A DNA stretch of 64,000 nt from Elusimicrobiota bacterium (GTDB lineage Bacteria > Elusimicrobiota > Elusimicrobia > F11): the NCBI GenBank assembly GCA_044221725.1, contig JBGAON010000002.1:1-64000 (forward strand), in the 5' to 3' direction. Every line of letters starts with the position of its first letter. Position 1 is the stretch's first letter. Of this stretch, positions 45,126-54,064 are shown in pieces. The position numbers and the translations under genes were made by a program. The notes beneath the pieces are model-generated. The model was not told the origin of the DNA. It made no database searches and saw only the letters and a program-made list of their open reading frames with translations.

Positions 45126-45713
45126 ATGGAGAAAATAAAAGATTCCTATTCACGATCACCCAAAAAAGAGAAAGCGGCTTCGCCTCTCTCCAAAGTTGTG
45201 GTCGATAACCATAATCGGTTCCTTTCTTATCTCGCCAGCCGCGTTGAAAGCCGAGAAGCTGCAGAAGAAATCCTTCAGGCCGCTTACCTAAAAGGGCTCG
45301 AACGAGAGGGAACGTTAAAAGATACCGAAAAGATCACAGCTTGGTTTTTCCGTGTTCTTAAGAACGCTTTGACCGATTCCTATCGCCACAAAGCGGCAGA
45401 GAAGCGCGCCATAGAAAGGTACGGGTCCGGAACGGAACGAAATCAAATCCAAAGAGACCACGATCTAGAGAAAAATGTTTGCAAATGTATAAACCGAGTC
45501 ATGAAAACATTGAAACCGGAATACGCAGATGTACTTCAGAAAGCCGAAGTAGAAGATAAAAGCATAAAAGACCTCGCCTTCAAATCAGGAACATCACCCA
45601 CCAATATCAGTGTCCGATTACATCGTGCTCGTGCCAGCCTTAAAGAAAAGGTCCTTGAGACTTGCGGCGCCTGCGTGGACCACGGCTGCCTCAACTGCAC
45701 CTGTAAACACTAG
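45126..45713 (+). CDS. ECF sigma factor with CxC linker and Cys-rich C-terminus (CorE-like)
   Basis: AEEILQ, AWFFRVLKNALTDSYR, VCKC, RLHRAR, CGACVDHGCLNCTC; TGGTATAAT 7 nt before the ATG. Confidence 0.85.
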   Translation: MEKIKDSYSRSPKKEKAASPLSKVVVDNHNRFLSYLASRVESREAAEEILQAAYLKGLEREGTLKDTEKITAWFFRVLKNALTDSYRHKAAEKRAIERYGSGTERNQIQRDHDLEKNVCKCINRVMKTLKPEYADVLQKAEVEDKSIKDLAFKSGTSPTNISVRLHRARASLKEKVLETCGACVDHGCLNCTCKH

Positions 45714-45781
45714 CTGTAAGGTTTTTGAATCTCATACGTCTCTATTGGTGAAAGGCCAAAAAGGGCCGCCAAGGAGAATAT

Positions 45782-47998
45782 ATGAACCACAGTGAAACAA
45801 TCGAAAGACACGTAGTAAAAGAGGATCCCCGGTACGGTTCGTGCTGCGGATCACATCACCATAAGGAGAGCTCTGAATTGTTCGGAAACAAAGGAGCAAT
45901 CTATACCTGCCCAATGCATCCGGAGGTCCGCCAGAACGGTCCTGGTTCATGCCCAAAATGCGGCATGGCCCTGGAACCGCTGGACGGGACGACCTCAACC
46001 GCCGATGAAAGCTCCAATTCAGAATACCGAAGCATGTTGCACCGCTTCTGGGCAAGCCTCGTGCTGACGGTCCCTGTTATTGTGACAGCGATGGCTGAGA
46101 TGATTCCGCGCTTTGAGCATGTCGCGTCTTCAACGGGTGTTTCCTGGTTACAAATGGCGCTGACAACACCCGTGGTCTTGTGGTGCGGCTTGCCGTTTTT
46201 TCAACGAGGTTGGAGTTCGATTAAAAACCGAAGCCTAAACATGTTCACACTAATCGCCTTGGGTATTTCCACAGCTTTCGGGTTTAGCGTTGCGGCTATA
46301 TTTTTTCCAAACGTGTTTCCAGAATCCCTCCATGTGCACGGACGAGTTCCAGTTTATTTTGAGGCGGCAGCAGTCATCACGACACTTGTTCTTCTTGGAC
46401 AAGTCCTCGAGCTTCGTGCGCGAAGCAATACAAGCAGTGCGATTAAGGCTTTGCTGCAACTTGCACCCACGACAGCCCGCGTGGTGCGGAATGATAAAGA
46501 AGAGGATATTGATCTAGCCCATATTCAAGTTGGAGACGTATTGCGTGTTCGGCCCGGTGAGAAAGTGCCGGCGGACGGAAAAATCTCTGACGGCCAAAGC
46601 TTCGTCGATGAATCGATGTTGACCGGCGAATCAATACCAGTTGAAAAGAAATCTGGTGACAAAATCACTGGTGGAACGATTAATCAGACTGGCTCTTTTC
46701 TGATGCGAGCGGAGCGCGTTGGGAATGAAACTCTTCTGGCACAAATCGTGAAAATGGTTTCAGAAGCGCAGAGAACAAAAGCTCCTATTCAGCATCTAGC
46801 GGATGTTGTTTCTGGTTATTTTGTACCGATCGTGATCTTGGTGGCCGTCATCACCGCAGTGGTATGGGCGATGTTTGGGCCCGAACCCCGACTTGCTTAT
46901 GCATTAGTAAATGCGATTGCTGTTGTGATTATCGCGTGCCCATGTGCGTTGGGTCTCGCAACTCCGATTTCAATTATGGTCGGCACCGGCCGCGGTGCAC
47001 AGGCCGGCATCCTGATCAAGAACGCAGAGGCGTTGGAAAGACTTGAGAAGGTGAATACGCTCGTTGTCGATAAAACGGGAACGTTAACGGAAGGAAAACC
47101 AAGACTCGTATCTATTGAACCAAATTCTCCGTTCAGTGAGTCGGAGCTGTTGAAACTAACAGCCAGTGTTGAGCAAGGGAGCGAACATCCGTTGGCCCGC
47201 GCCATCGTTCAGGCGGCCAGAGAACGGACCGTGACACTGGCACCAGTATCGGGATTCCATTCTGTGACTGGAAAGGGCGTCATGGGCGAAGTGGAGAGCC
47301 GAAAAGTTCACATCGGAAGCGGAATCCTGTCTCACGTAGCCAATCGGAGCAATGCACAAAAGATTGCATCACTACGAAAGCAGGGACAAACAGTTATCGG
47401 TGTCGCGGTCGATGGAAAATTTGCTGGCCTTATCGGTGTCGCCGACAAGATCAAAGAATCCACTTTCGAGGCATTAGACACATTACGGAAATCGGATATT
47501 CGCATCATGATGCTAACGGGTGATAACCGCGCAACAGCGGAAGCCGTCGCTCACCAAATCGGTATCAGTGAAATTGAAGCCGAAGTGCTTCCGCAAGACA
47601 AAGCGAGTGTCATCAAGAAGCTGCAATCTCAAGGCCGAGTGGTGGCGATGGCTGGTGATGGTGTTAACGACGCTCCGGCGTTGGCTCAGGCTGATGTTGG
47701 AATTGCGATGGGTTCGGGAACTGACGTCGCTATTCAAAGCGCAGATGTCACGTTGGTTAAGGGTGATTTGCGTGGCATTGCCCGTGCACGGAAATTAAGC
47801 GAAGCGACAATGAGGAGCATAAGACAGAACTTATTCTTCGCTTTTATCTACAACGTTTTAGGTGTTCCTGTGGCGGCGGGTGTGCTTTATCCGTTTACGG
47901 GTCTGTTGCTCAGCCCGATGATAGCAGCCGCCGCTATGACTTTTAGCTCTGTCTCTGTAATCGCAAACGCACTGCGGCTGCGCAAAATTTCACTTTAA
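45782..47998 (+). CDS. copA: Cu(I)-translocating P1B-type ATPase
   Basis: YTCPMHP domain, TGES, CPC, DKTGT, SEHP, GDGVND, YN, MTFSS. Confidence 0.93.
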   Translation: MNHSETIERHVVKEDPRYGSCCGSHHHKESSELFGNKGAIYTCPMHPEVRQNGPGSCPKCGMALEPLDGTTSTADESSNSEYRSMLHRFWASLVLTVPVIVTAMAEMIPRFEHVASSTGVSWLQMALTTPVVLWCGLPFFQRGWSSIKNRSLNMFTLIALGISTAFGFSVAAIFFPNVFPESLHVHGRVPVYFEAAAVITTLVLLGQVLELRARSNTSSAIKALLQLAPTTARVVRNDKEEDIDLAHIQVGDVLRVRPGEKVPADGKISDGQSFVDESMLTGESIPVEKKSGDKITGGTINQTGSFLMRAERVGNETLLAQIVKMVSEAQRTKAPIQHLADVVSGYFVPIVILVAVITAVVWAMFGPEPRLAYALVNAIAVVIIACPCALGLATPISIMVGTGRGAQAGILIKNAEALERLEKVNTLVVDKTGTLTEGKPRLVSIEPNSPFSESELLKLTASVEQGSEHPLARAIVQAARERTVTLAPVSGFHSVTGKGVMGEVESRKVHIGSGILSHVANRSNAQKIASLRKQGQTVIGVAVDGKFAGLIGVADKIKESTFEALDTLRKSDIRIMMLTGDNRATAEAVAHQIGISEIEAEVLPQDKASVIKKLQSQGRVVAMAGDGVNDAPALAQADVGIAMGSGTDVAIQSADVTLVKGDLRGIARARKLSEATMRSIRQNLFFAFIYNVLGVPVAAGVLYPFTGLLLSPMIAAAAMTFSSVSVIANALRLRKISL

Positions 47999-48010
47999 GG
48001 AAGAACAATC

Positions 48011-49309
48011 ATGAAAAAATTGTTTGCTCAAGTTATCGCTTTAGGTCTCACAAGCTCAATCGTCTATGGACAAGACCATAGCGAACATCACCAGCACCAA
48101 GGTCATGAGATGGGAAGCATATCCATGAGCGGCATGTACGGGTCTTATCCAATGACGAGAGAGGCATCCGGCACCGCCTGGGTTCCGGATTCAAGTCCTC
48201 ATGAAGGTTTACACTACATGGCTGGTCCATGGATGTTGATGCTTCATGGATTTGCAACTCAGGTTTACGACCACCAAGGAGGACCACGAGGCGATAACAA
48301 GAATTTCTTAGAGAGCATGTTTATGATGATGGCACAGCGGGAACTTGGTCCCGGCACGCTTGGATTTCGCACCATGCTTTCATTGGACCCAGCCATGGGA
48401 GAGAATGGCTATCCGTTGCTCTTTCAGACGGGTGAAACGGCTGATGGCGAGCATCATCTTATCGACCGACAGCATCCGCATGATCTGTTTATGGAACTCG
48501 CCCTTTCGTACAATTTGAAGTTAAGCGATACGAATTCAGTTTTCGTTTACGGCGGGTTGCCCGGTGAACCCGCATTGGGTCCAGCAACCTTTATGCACCG
48601 CTTCTCTGGGCTAGACAACCCAGAAGCACCAATCACGCATCATTGGTTGGATTCGACTCACATTACCTTCGGCGTGTTGACGCTGGGTTACGTGTATGAC
48701 AAAGCAAAATTAGAGGTCTCAGGTTTTAAGGGACGGGAACCAGATGAGAACCGGTGGAACATAGAATCGCCACGGATCGACTCTTATTCATACCGCTTCA
48801 CCTGGAATCCCTATCGCGATTGGTCAGGGCAAGTGAGCTACGGAAACATACATAGCCCGGAACAACTGGAGCCAGACGTTGATACGGAGAGGGTCACCGC
48901 ATCGATCGCCTATAACCGGTCCTTCGGAAAAAATAATTGGCAGACCACTGCGGCGTGGGGTCAGAACAAGAATGAAGACCATCATTTCGAAGCGCATTCC
49001 GAACGACTTGATGCCTATTTGGTGGAGTCCGCGCTGTCAGTCAACCGAAAACACACGTTTTTCGGCCGAGCCGAGACGGCGGAGAAGAACGAACTCTTTA
49101 ACGAAGAAGAGCCGCGTGCTGGAAATGTTTACGACGTAGGAAAGCTAAGCCTGGGATATATCTACGATTTTCTGAACCTTAGCTTTGGCGAGATCGGCGT
49201 CGGTGGCCTTGGAAGTGTTTACAGCGTGCCATCCGCAATTCGAGACGTGTACGGCGACTCGCCCACCTCTTACATGTTGTTTGTACGAGCGAAATTGGGA
49301 GCTGGATAA
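48011..49309 (+). CDS. Outer-membrane beta-barrel with His/Met-rich N-terminus (copper-associated)
   Basis: Signal peptide, HSEHHQHQGHEM, ASGTAW.P, DRQHPHDLFMEL, HHWLDSTHI. Confidence 0.75.
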   Translation: MKKLFAQVIALGLTSSIVYGQDHSEHHQHQGHEMGSISMSGMYGSYPMTREASGTAWVPDSSPHEGLHYMAGPWMLMLHGFATQVYDHQGGPRGDNKNFLESMFMMMAQRELGPGTLGFRTMLSLDPAMGENGYPLLFQTGETADGEHHLIDRQHPHDLFMELALSYNLKLSDTNSVFVYGGLPGEPALGPATFMHRFSGLDNPEAPITHHWLDSTHITFGVLTLGYVYDKAKLEVSGFKGREPDENRWNIESPRIDSYSYRFTWNPYRDWSGQVSYGNIHSPEQLEPDVDTERVTASIAYNRSFGKNNWQTTAAWGQNKNEDHHFEAHSERLDAYLVESALSVNRKHTFFGRAETAEKNELFNEEEPRAGNVYDVGKLSLGYIYDFLNLSFGEIGVGGLGSVYSVPSAIRDVYGDSPTSYMLFVRAKLGAG

Positions 49310-49380
49310 ATTATCAATATGATCTCGGTCATAGTTGTGGTTGGCGAGTAGTGGTAACTATAGAGTAAAGGGAGAAATCC

Positions 49381-49707
49381 ATGGAAAGGAAACTAATCGG
49401 ATTCGCGATCCTCTTCGGCGCAGTAATGTATGCGATTCCTGTTCAAGCCTGTCCGTCGTCGGAATGTTTCGAGCAGGCAAGCAAGCCGAGTTGCTGCGAT
49501 GCCGTTCGCGATTCCAATTCCGCTACCATTCCCGGCCTACTGCCGGACACCTTATCCCTAAGAAATATCGCCCCTCCGGTTCAGGTCGATTTTATCAAGC
49601 CGCCACTAATCACTACTCGCGTGCGTCGCGACTTCGATTTACTTAATTCTTTTTTTTTGGAACGCCAGCACTATACGAGTAGGAGTCCGCCCACAACTCC
49701 TGCATGA
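49381..49707 (+). CDS. Small secreted Cys protein with C-terminal RSPP; putative arrest leader
   Basis: Signal peptide ending VQA, C..C..CC, ...TSRSPPTTPA; SD GGGAG. Confidence 0.6.
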   Translation: MERKLIGFAILFGAVMYAIPVQACPSSECFEQASKPSCCDAVRDSNSATIPGLLPDTLSLRNIAPPVQVDFIKPPLITTRVRRDFDLLNSFFLERQHYTSRSPPTTPA

Positions 49708-49770
49708 GTACTGTGTCACTTGCAGAAAATGAAATGGATCGAAACCCACGACTTATAAAGGAGAATTGAT

Positions 49771-50028
49771 ATGAAAAAGTTTATGCTTGTCACTCTTGGG
49801 TCCGCAATGTTGATCGCGGCTCCCGTGTTTGCGGACACCATGACTCATAGTAACGGCATGTGCAAAAAGCACTGCAACCTCATGGACTTGGAGGAAAAGG
49901 TTAAGACGTTAAAGTCCCACGCCTCGACCGCGGATAAAATCGCCACAAAAGAGCATCTCCAAAAGGACATTGAGGCGTATGAAAAGAAGCTACAAGAGAT
50001 AAAGAAAGAGCTGGACGCAACGAAATAA
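49771..50028 (+). CDS. Small periplasmic helical protein with a MxHxxxMCxxHC putative metal site
   Basis: SD AAGGAG, signal peptide ending VFA, coiled coil. Confidence 0.75.
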   Translation: MKKFMLVTLGSAMLIAAPVFADTMTHSNGMCKKHCNLMDLEEKVKTLKSHASTADKIATKEHLQKDIEAYEKKLQEIKKELDATK

Positions 50029-50041
50029 GAGTATTGACTAA

Positions 50042-50078
50042 GCCGGGCATTGGGGGGCATCCCTGGTGCCCGGTTTTT
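50042..50078 (+). terminator. Intrinsic terminator
   Basis: gccgggca...tgcccggt hairpin followed by a T-run. Confidence 0.75.
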
Positions 50079-50107
50079 GTTGCCCTTCGTTCACGTTAGG
50101 TATGAAG

Positions 50108-50126
50108 CCGATTAATAATCCGATCA
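50108..50126 (+). repeat. 19-bp motif copy CCGATTAATAATCCGATCA at the end of the copper module
   Basis: 17/19 identical to 44675-44693. Confidence 0.7.
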
Positions 50127-50386
50127 ATGTGGTTACCATTCAGTCGTTTTGAATAGCGGTACCTGTTCGGTTTTTAAACGACGAGCAGTGTGAGCTTTGT
50201 TTCAAAGTTCTCAAGCGGCTTGAAGCTGCCGGAATTTTGCGTCAAATTGTTTCCAAGAAAACATCGAAGTGCTTGATCAGTTGAGAGGGAAAGCACGCCA
50301 TGGTGTTCAAGGCGCCCGTTATCAAGAGACCGTTTCTGGAGACGAGATATTTCGGCAAAGCGGTGATATCTGTAATGTCCAGCGAA

Positions 50387-51280
50387 CTATTGACCACGAG
50401 CAGAAGCCCCACGATTCGACAAAGGAACGTGGGGTTTTTTTTGTCGTTGGGCGGTGACCTTTGTGAATTCAGCGCCGAAATAAAGGATTTGCGCGGAATA
50501 GTACAACCACAAAAGCAAAACGAGCACGGACCCTGCTGTTCCGTACGATGATCCGACAGTTCCTTTGCCAAGATAAATCCCGAGAACGGATTTCCCAATG
50601 GTGAACAGCACCGAAGTGAACACCGCGCCTTCCCATACATCGCTCCACCGCACGTGTGTGTTCGGCAGAAGCTTAAAGATCGCAGCAAACAAAAAAGTAA
50701 TCACGGTGAGCGACACGAGCATATTGATCGCTTGCAGAAGCCATTCGGGGAGAGGCAAAAGGTAGCCGAAATAGCGTCCCATTGTGGCGAGTAGGGTACT
50801 AATGACCAACGAAACCAAAAGTAAAAAGCCGATTCCGAGGACCATGCCGAAAGAAAGCAGTTTATCTTTGACCACGTTCATAAAACCCGAAACCTGCGGG
50901 GCGTTCCAAATTTTGTTCAGCGTGAATTGAAGGTCGTCCATAACGGCGGAAGCCCCGAGCAGCAATGTGCCAAAACCGATGATGGTTGCGAGCGTGCCCG
51001 ACGCCGGTTTTTTTGCCGCTTGCAGCATGCTTTGAATGTCGCGCGCAGTTTGGTCGCCCATAGTGGCACGGAGTTCGTTGAAAATGCGGTCTCTCGTTTC
51101 GCTCATGCCAAAAACGAGCCCGGCGATGGCGATCGTGAGCAGCAAGAGTGGCGCCAGCGAGAAAGCCGTGTAATAAGCCAGCGATGCGCCGAGGCGCGTG
51201 CCGCCGTCGTTTTTCCATTCATTGAATGTCTCTTTCAGCAAGGTGAAGATGTTCGAGGCATAGGAGCGCAAGGTCCGCAT
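50387..51280 (-). CDS. YihY/BrkB family membrane protein
   Basis: GASLAYYTAFSLAP, LNKIW, YGTAGS...LLWLYYSAQI..FGAE. Confidence 0.93.
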   Translation of the reverse strand: MRTLRSYASNIFTLLKETFNEWKNDGGTRLGASLAYYTAFSLAPLLLLTIAIAGLVFGMSETRDRIFNELRATMGDQTARDIQSMLQAAKKPASGTLATIIGFGTLLLGASAVMDDLQFTLNKIWNAPQVSGFMNVVKDKLLSFGMVLGIGFLLLVSLVISTLLATMGRYFGYLLPLPEWLLQAINMLVSLTVITFLFAAIFKLLPNTHVRWSDVWEGAVFTSVLFTIGKSVLGIYLGKGTVGSSYGTAGSVLVLLLWLYYSAQILYFGAEFTKVTAQRQKKPHVPLSNRGASARGQ

Positions 51281-51371
51281 ACGTCAGCTACGAACGAAAA
51301 TGAACAAAAGTTTCGTTCGTAAAATAATTGTTCGATGCCGACGTTCGACGATCAATCGAACGAGGTTCGCG

Positions 51372-53930
51372 TCACTCGTAGCCGTATTTTCGAATAAATC
51401 GCCTTTTTACTGCTTGTACGGTTACGAGATAGCCGATCACAATAAAGAATATGGCGACGAGCAAGGACGCCGGCGGAACAACAAATCCAAATGGTTTCGC
51501 AAGCGGAGTGAACGGCAACAGAAGTGCGATCGACACAATGATGAACGTGGTCAGCAAAAGAAATTTGCTTGGTGGGCTTTCGACAAACGGAATTTTGCTG
51601 TTTCGGATGACATGAATCACTGTGGTCTGTGTGAGCAACGACTCAAGGAACCAGCCGGTATGGAACAACGCCGGCGAGGCGCGAAATACCCAAATGAGCG
51701 TGCCAAACGTGAGGAAATCGAACGCCGAACTAATAGGGCCGAACACAATCATGAAATTTTTTATCGAAGAGACGTTCCAGCGTCGCGGCCGCGATAAATA
51801 CGTGGTTTCAACGTTGTCCGTGGGAATTCCAACCTGGGAAATATCGTAAAGGAAGTTGTTCAGCAAAATTTGGATGGGCAGCATCGGAAGGAAGGGCAAG
51901 AACAAACTCGCTCCCGTCATGCTGAACATGTTGCCGAAGTTCGAGCTCGCGCCCATGCGGATGTATTTGATGATGTTGCCGAACGTTTTTCGTCCTTCCA
52001 CGACGCCGTCTTCGAGCACCATCAAACTTTTCTTGAGCAAGATAATGTCGGCGGATTCTTTGGCGATGTCGACAGCATTATTGACCGAGATGCCAACGTC
52101 GGCTGCTTTCAGCGATGGTGCGTCGTTGATGCCATCGCCGAGATAGCCAACCACGTGGCCGTTTTTTCGTAGCAGATCGATAATCATTTCTTTTTGGAGC
52201 GGCGCGAGCCGCGCGAACACCGTGGTGGATTCAATGTGCTGTTTCAGTTCATCGACTGACATTTTTTCAACCATGTCACCGGTCAAAAGACCTTTGATGT
52301 TGAGCCCCACATCGCCGCAGATCTTTTTTGTGACGAGTTCGTTGTCGCCGGTCAATACTTTTACTTCGATGCCCCGCCGGTGCAGTACCTCGATTGCGCG
52401 ACGCGTTGAGTGTTTCGGCGGATCAAGAAACGCCAAGTATCCTTTGAGAATCAGATTGTTCTCGTCATCACGCGAATACGCGGATTGCGACGTTTCCATG
52501 TCTTTGTAGGCGACAGCGAGCACGCGAAAGCCGTCGGCGCTGAGTTTGTCGTATTCTTCTTTTAAGTCGGCGACGACGATGCTTTCGAGATCGAGCAGAT
52601 CGCCTTCCAGTTCGTAACGGTTGCAGCGTTTAAAAATTTCCTCGGGCGCGCCTTTCGTGATCATGCGGTGTTTGCCTTCGTAATCCACCACGACCGACAT
52701 CACACGCCGCGAAAAATCGAACGGGATTTCGTCCACCTTGGAATACTTCTTCACGACGAGTTTTTCGTGCTTGAGAATGGCGATGTCGAGCAAGTTGCGC
52801 AAGCCGGTTTGGTAAAAACTGTTCATGTAGGCGAGCATCAGCACGCCTTTGTCTTCGCGGCGCAAAATATCGCAATGGTGTTCCAAAACGATTTTGTCTT
52901 TTGTGAGCGTGCCGGTTTTGTCCGTGCACAAAATGTCCATCGCGCCAAAGTTCTGAATCGAGTTCAGTCGTTTTACGATGACTTGCTTCTTTGCCATTGC
53001 GATCGCGCCTTTCGAGAGATTCATAGCGACGAGCATCGGCAACATTTCCGGCGTGAGGCCGACGGCGACCGCCAACGAGAACAGAATCGCTTCGAGCGCG
53101 CTGGACTTGGACAGAAGGTTGATCACGAAAATCGAAACGGCCATGACGAGCATGAACCGAATCATAAGCCATGTGAATTTTTGAATGCCTTCATCGAAAC
53201 TTGTGGTGCTGCGTTGGCGCGCCAGTTTACGTGACACCTCTCCGAATTTCGTCGAGACGCCGGTGTTAAGAACAATCGCGAGCCCCGTGCCGCTCACAAC
53301 CGAGGACCCCATGAACGCCAGATTGCGCGCGTCGAGCGATGTCGCGCCTTCGGTGGGTGGAACCGCAAATTTTTCCTGAGGCATCGATTCGCCCGTGAGA
53401 GCCGATTGATTCACGAACACGTCTTTGCAGGATAAGAATCGGATATCGGCGGGCACGATGTCGCCGGCCGCGAGCTCAATAATATCGCCGGGCACGATTT
53501 CGCGGATTTTTATTTCCCTCTTTTTGTCGGAACGCAGCACCGTCGCCGTGGCGCGAACCATTTCGCTGAGCTTTTCGGCTTCTCGGTCCGCTCGAAATTC
53601 CTGAATGAACGAAAGCACCACGCTGGCCGCCGCCATGGCGGCAACAATCACGGCGCTGAGTTTTTCTCCGAAAAACATGGAGAATGCCGAGATGATGAGC
53701 AATACCAAAACGAGCGGATTCAGAATTTTCATGATGAGTTGCATGAGAGCCGTACGTTTCTTTTTGCGCGCAGGTTCGTTTAAGCCGAATGTTTGTCGAC
53801 GGCGCAGAGCTTCCGCGTCGGTGAGTCCTTTTTCGGACGATCGAAGCTCATGAAAAAGAATTTCGATTGTGCAATGGTGTGTGTCGCACTTCCATTGTTG
53901 CGAGGAGCCCGTTAAAAAGAATGTTTCCAT
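51372..53930 (-). CDS. mgtA: Mg2+-transporting P-type ATPase
   Basis: VAVGLTPEMLP, SIQNFGAMDILCTDKTGTLT, DEIPFDF, ASSNFGNMFS, TGWFLES. Confidence 0.95.
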   Translation of the reverse strand: METFFLTGSSQQWKCDTHHCTIEILFHELRSSEKGLTDAEALRRRQTFGLNEPARKKKRTALMQLIMKILNPLVLVLLIISAFSMFFGEKLSAVIVAAMAAASVVLSFIQEFRADREAEKLSEMVRATATVLRSDKKREIKIREIVPGDIIELAAGDIVPADIRFLSCKDVFVNQSALTGESMPQEKFAVPPTEGATSLDARNLAFMGSSVVSGTGLAIVLNTGVSTKFGEVSRKLARQRSTTSFDEGIQKFTWLMIRFMLVMAVSIFVINLLSKSSALEAILFSLAVAVGLTPEMLPMLVAMNLSKGAIAMAKKQVIVKRLNSIQNFGAMDILCTDKTGTLTKDKIVLEHHCDILRREDKGVLMLAYMNSFYQTGLRNLLDIAILKHEKLVVKKYSKVDEIPFDFSRRVMSVVVDYEGKHRMITKGAPEEIFKRCNRYELEGDLLDLESIVVADLKEEYDKLSADGFRVLAVAYKDMETSQSAYSRDDENNLILKGYLAFLDPPKHSTRRAIEVLHRRGIEVKVLTGDNELVTKKICGDVGLNIKGLLTGDMVEKMSVDELKQHIESTTVFARLAPLQKEMIIDLLRKNGHVVGYLGDGINDAPSLKAADVGISVNNAVDIAKESADIILLKKSLMVLEDGVVEGRKTFGNIIKYIRMGASSNFGNMFSMTGASLFLPFLPMLPIQILLNNFLYDISQVGIPTDNVETTYLSRPRRWNVSSIKNFMIVFGPISSAFDFLTFGTLIWVFRASPALFHTGWFLESLLTQTTVIHVIRNSKIPFVESPPSKFLLLTTFIIVSIALLLPFTPLAKPFGFVVPPASLLVAIFFIVIGYLVTVQAVKRRFIRKYGYE

Positions 53931-54064
53931 AGGGGATTTATATTTCTTTTCGAGACAAAAAACCGATAAACATTTATAATTCTCGGCCCTTCTGCACCGG
54001 AAAAATCGGCTTTGCAGGGCAAGCCTCCGCCTAACAATTTATCTTCAATGGGGAAAATAAATTC

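Noticed and set aside
50127..50260. Possible tRNA relic after the last 19-bp motif
   Set aside because: No convincing alignment to the tRNA at the expected offset, so the right boundary of the copper module is only approximate
53931..54064. Mg2+ riboswitch or leader peptide upstream of mgtA
   Set aside because: Short divergent intergenic region with no recognisable M-box or Pro-rich leader ORF
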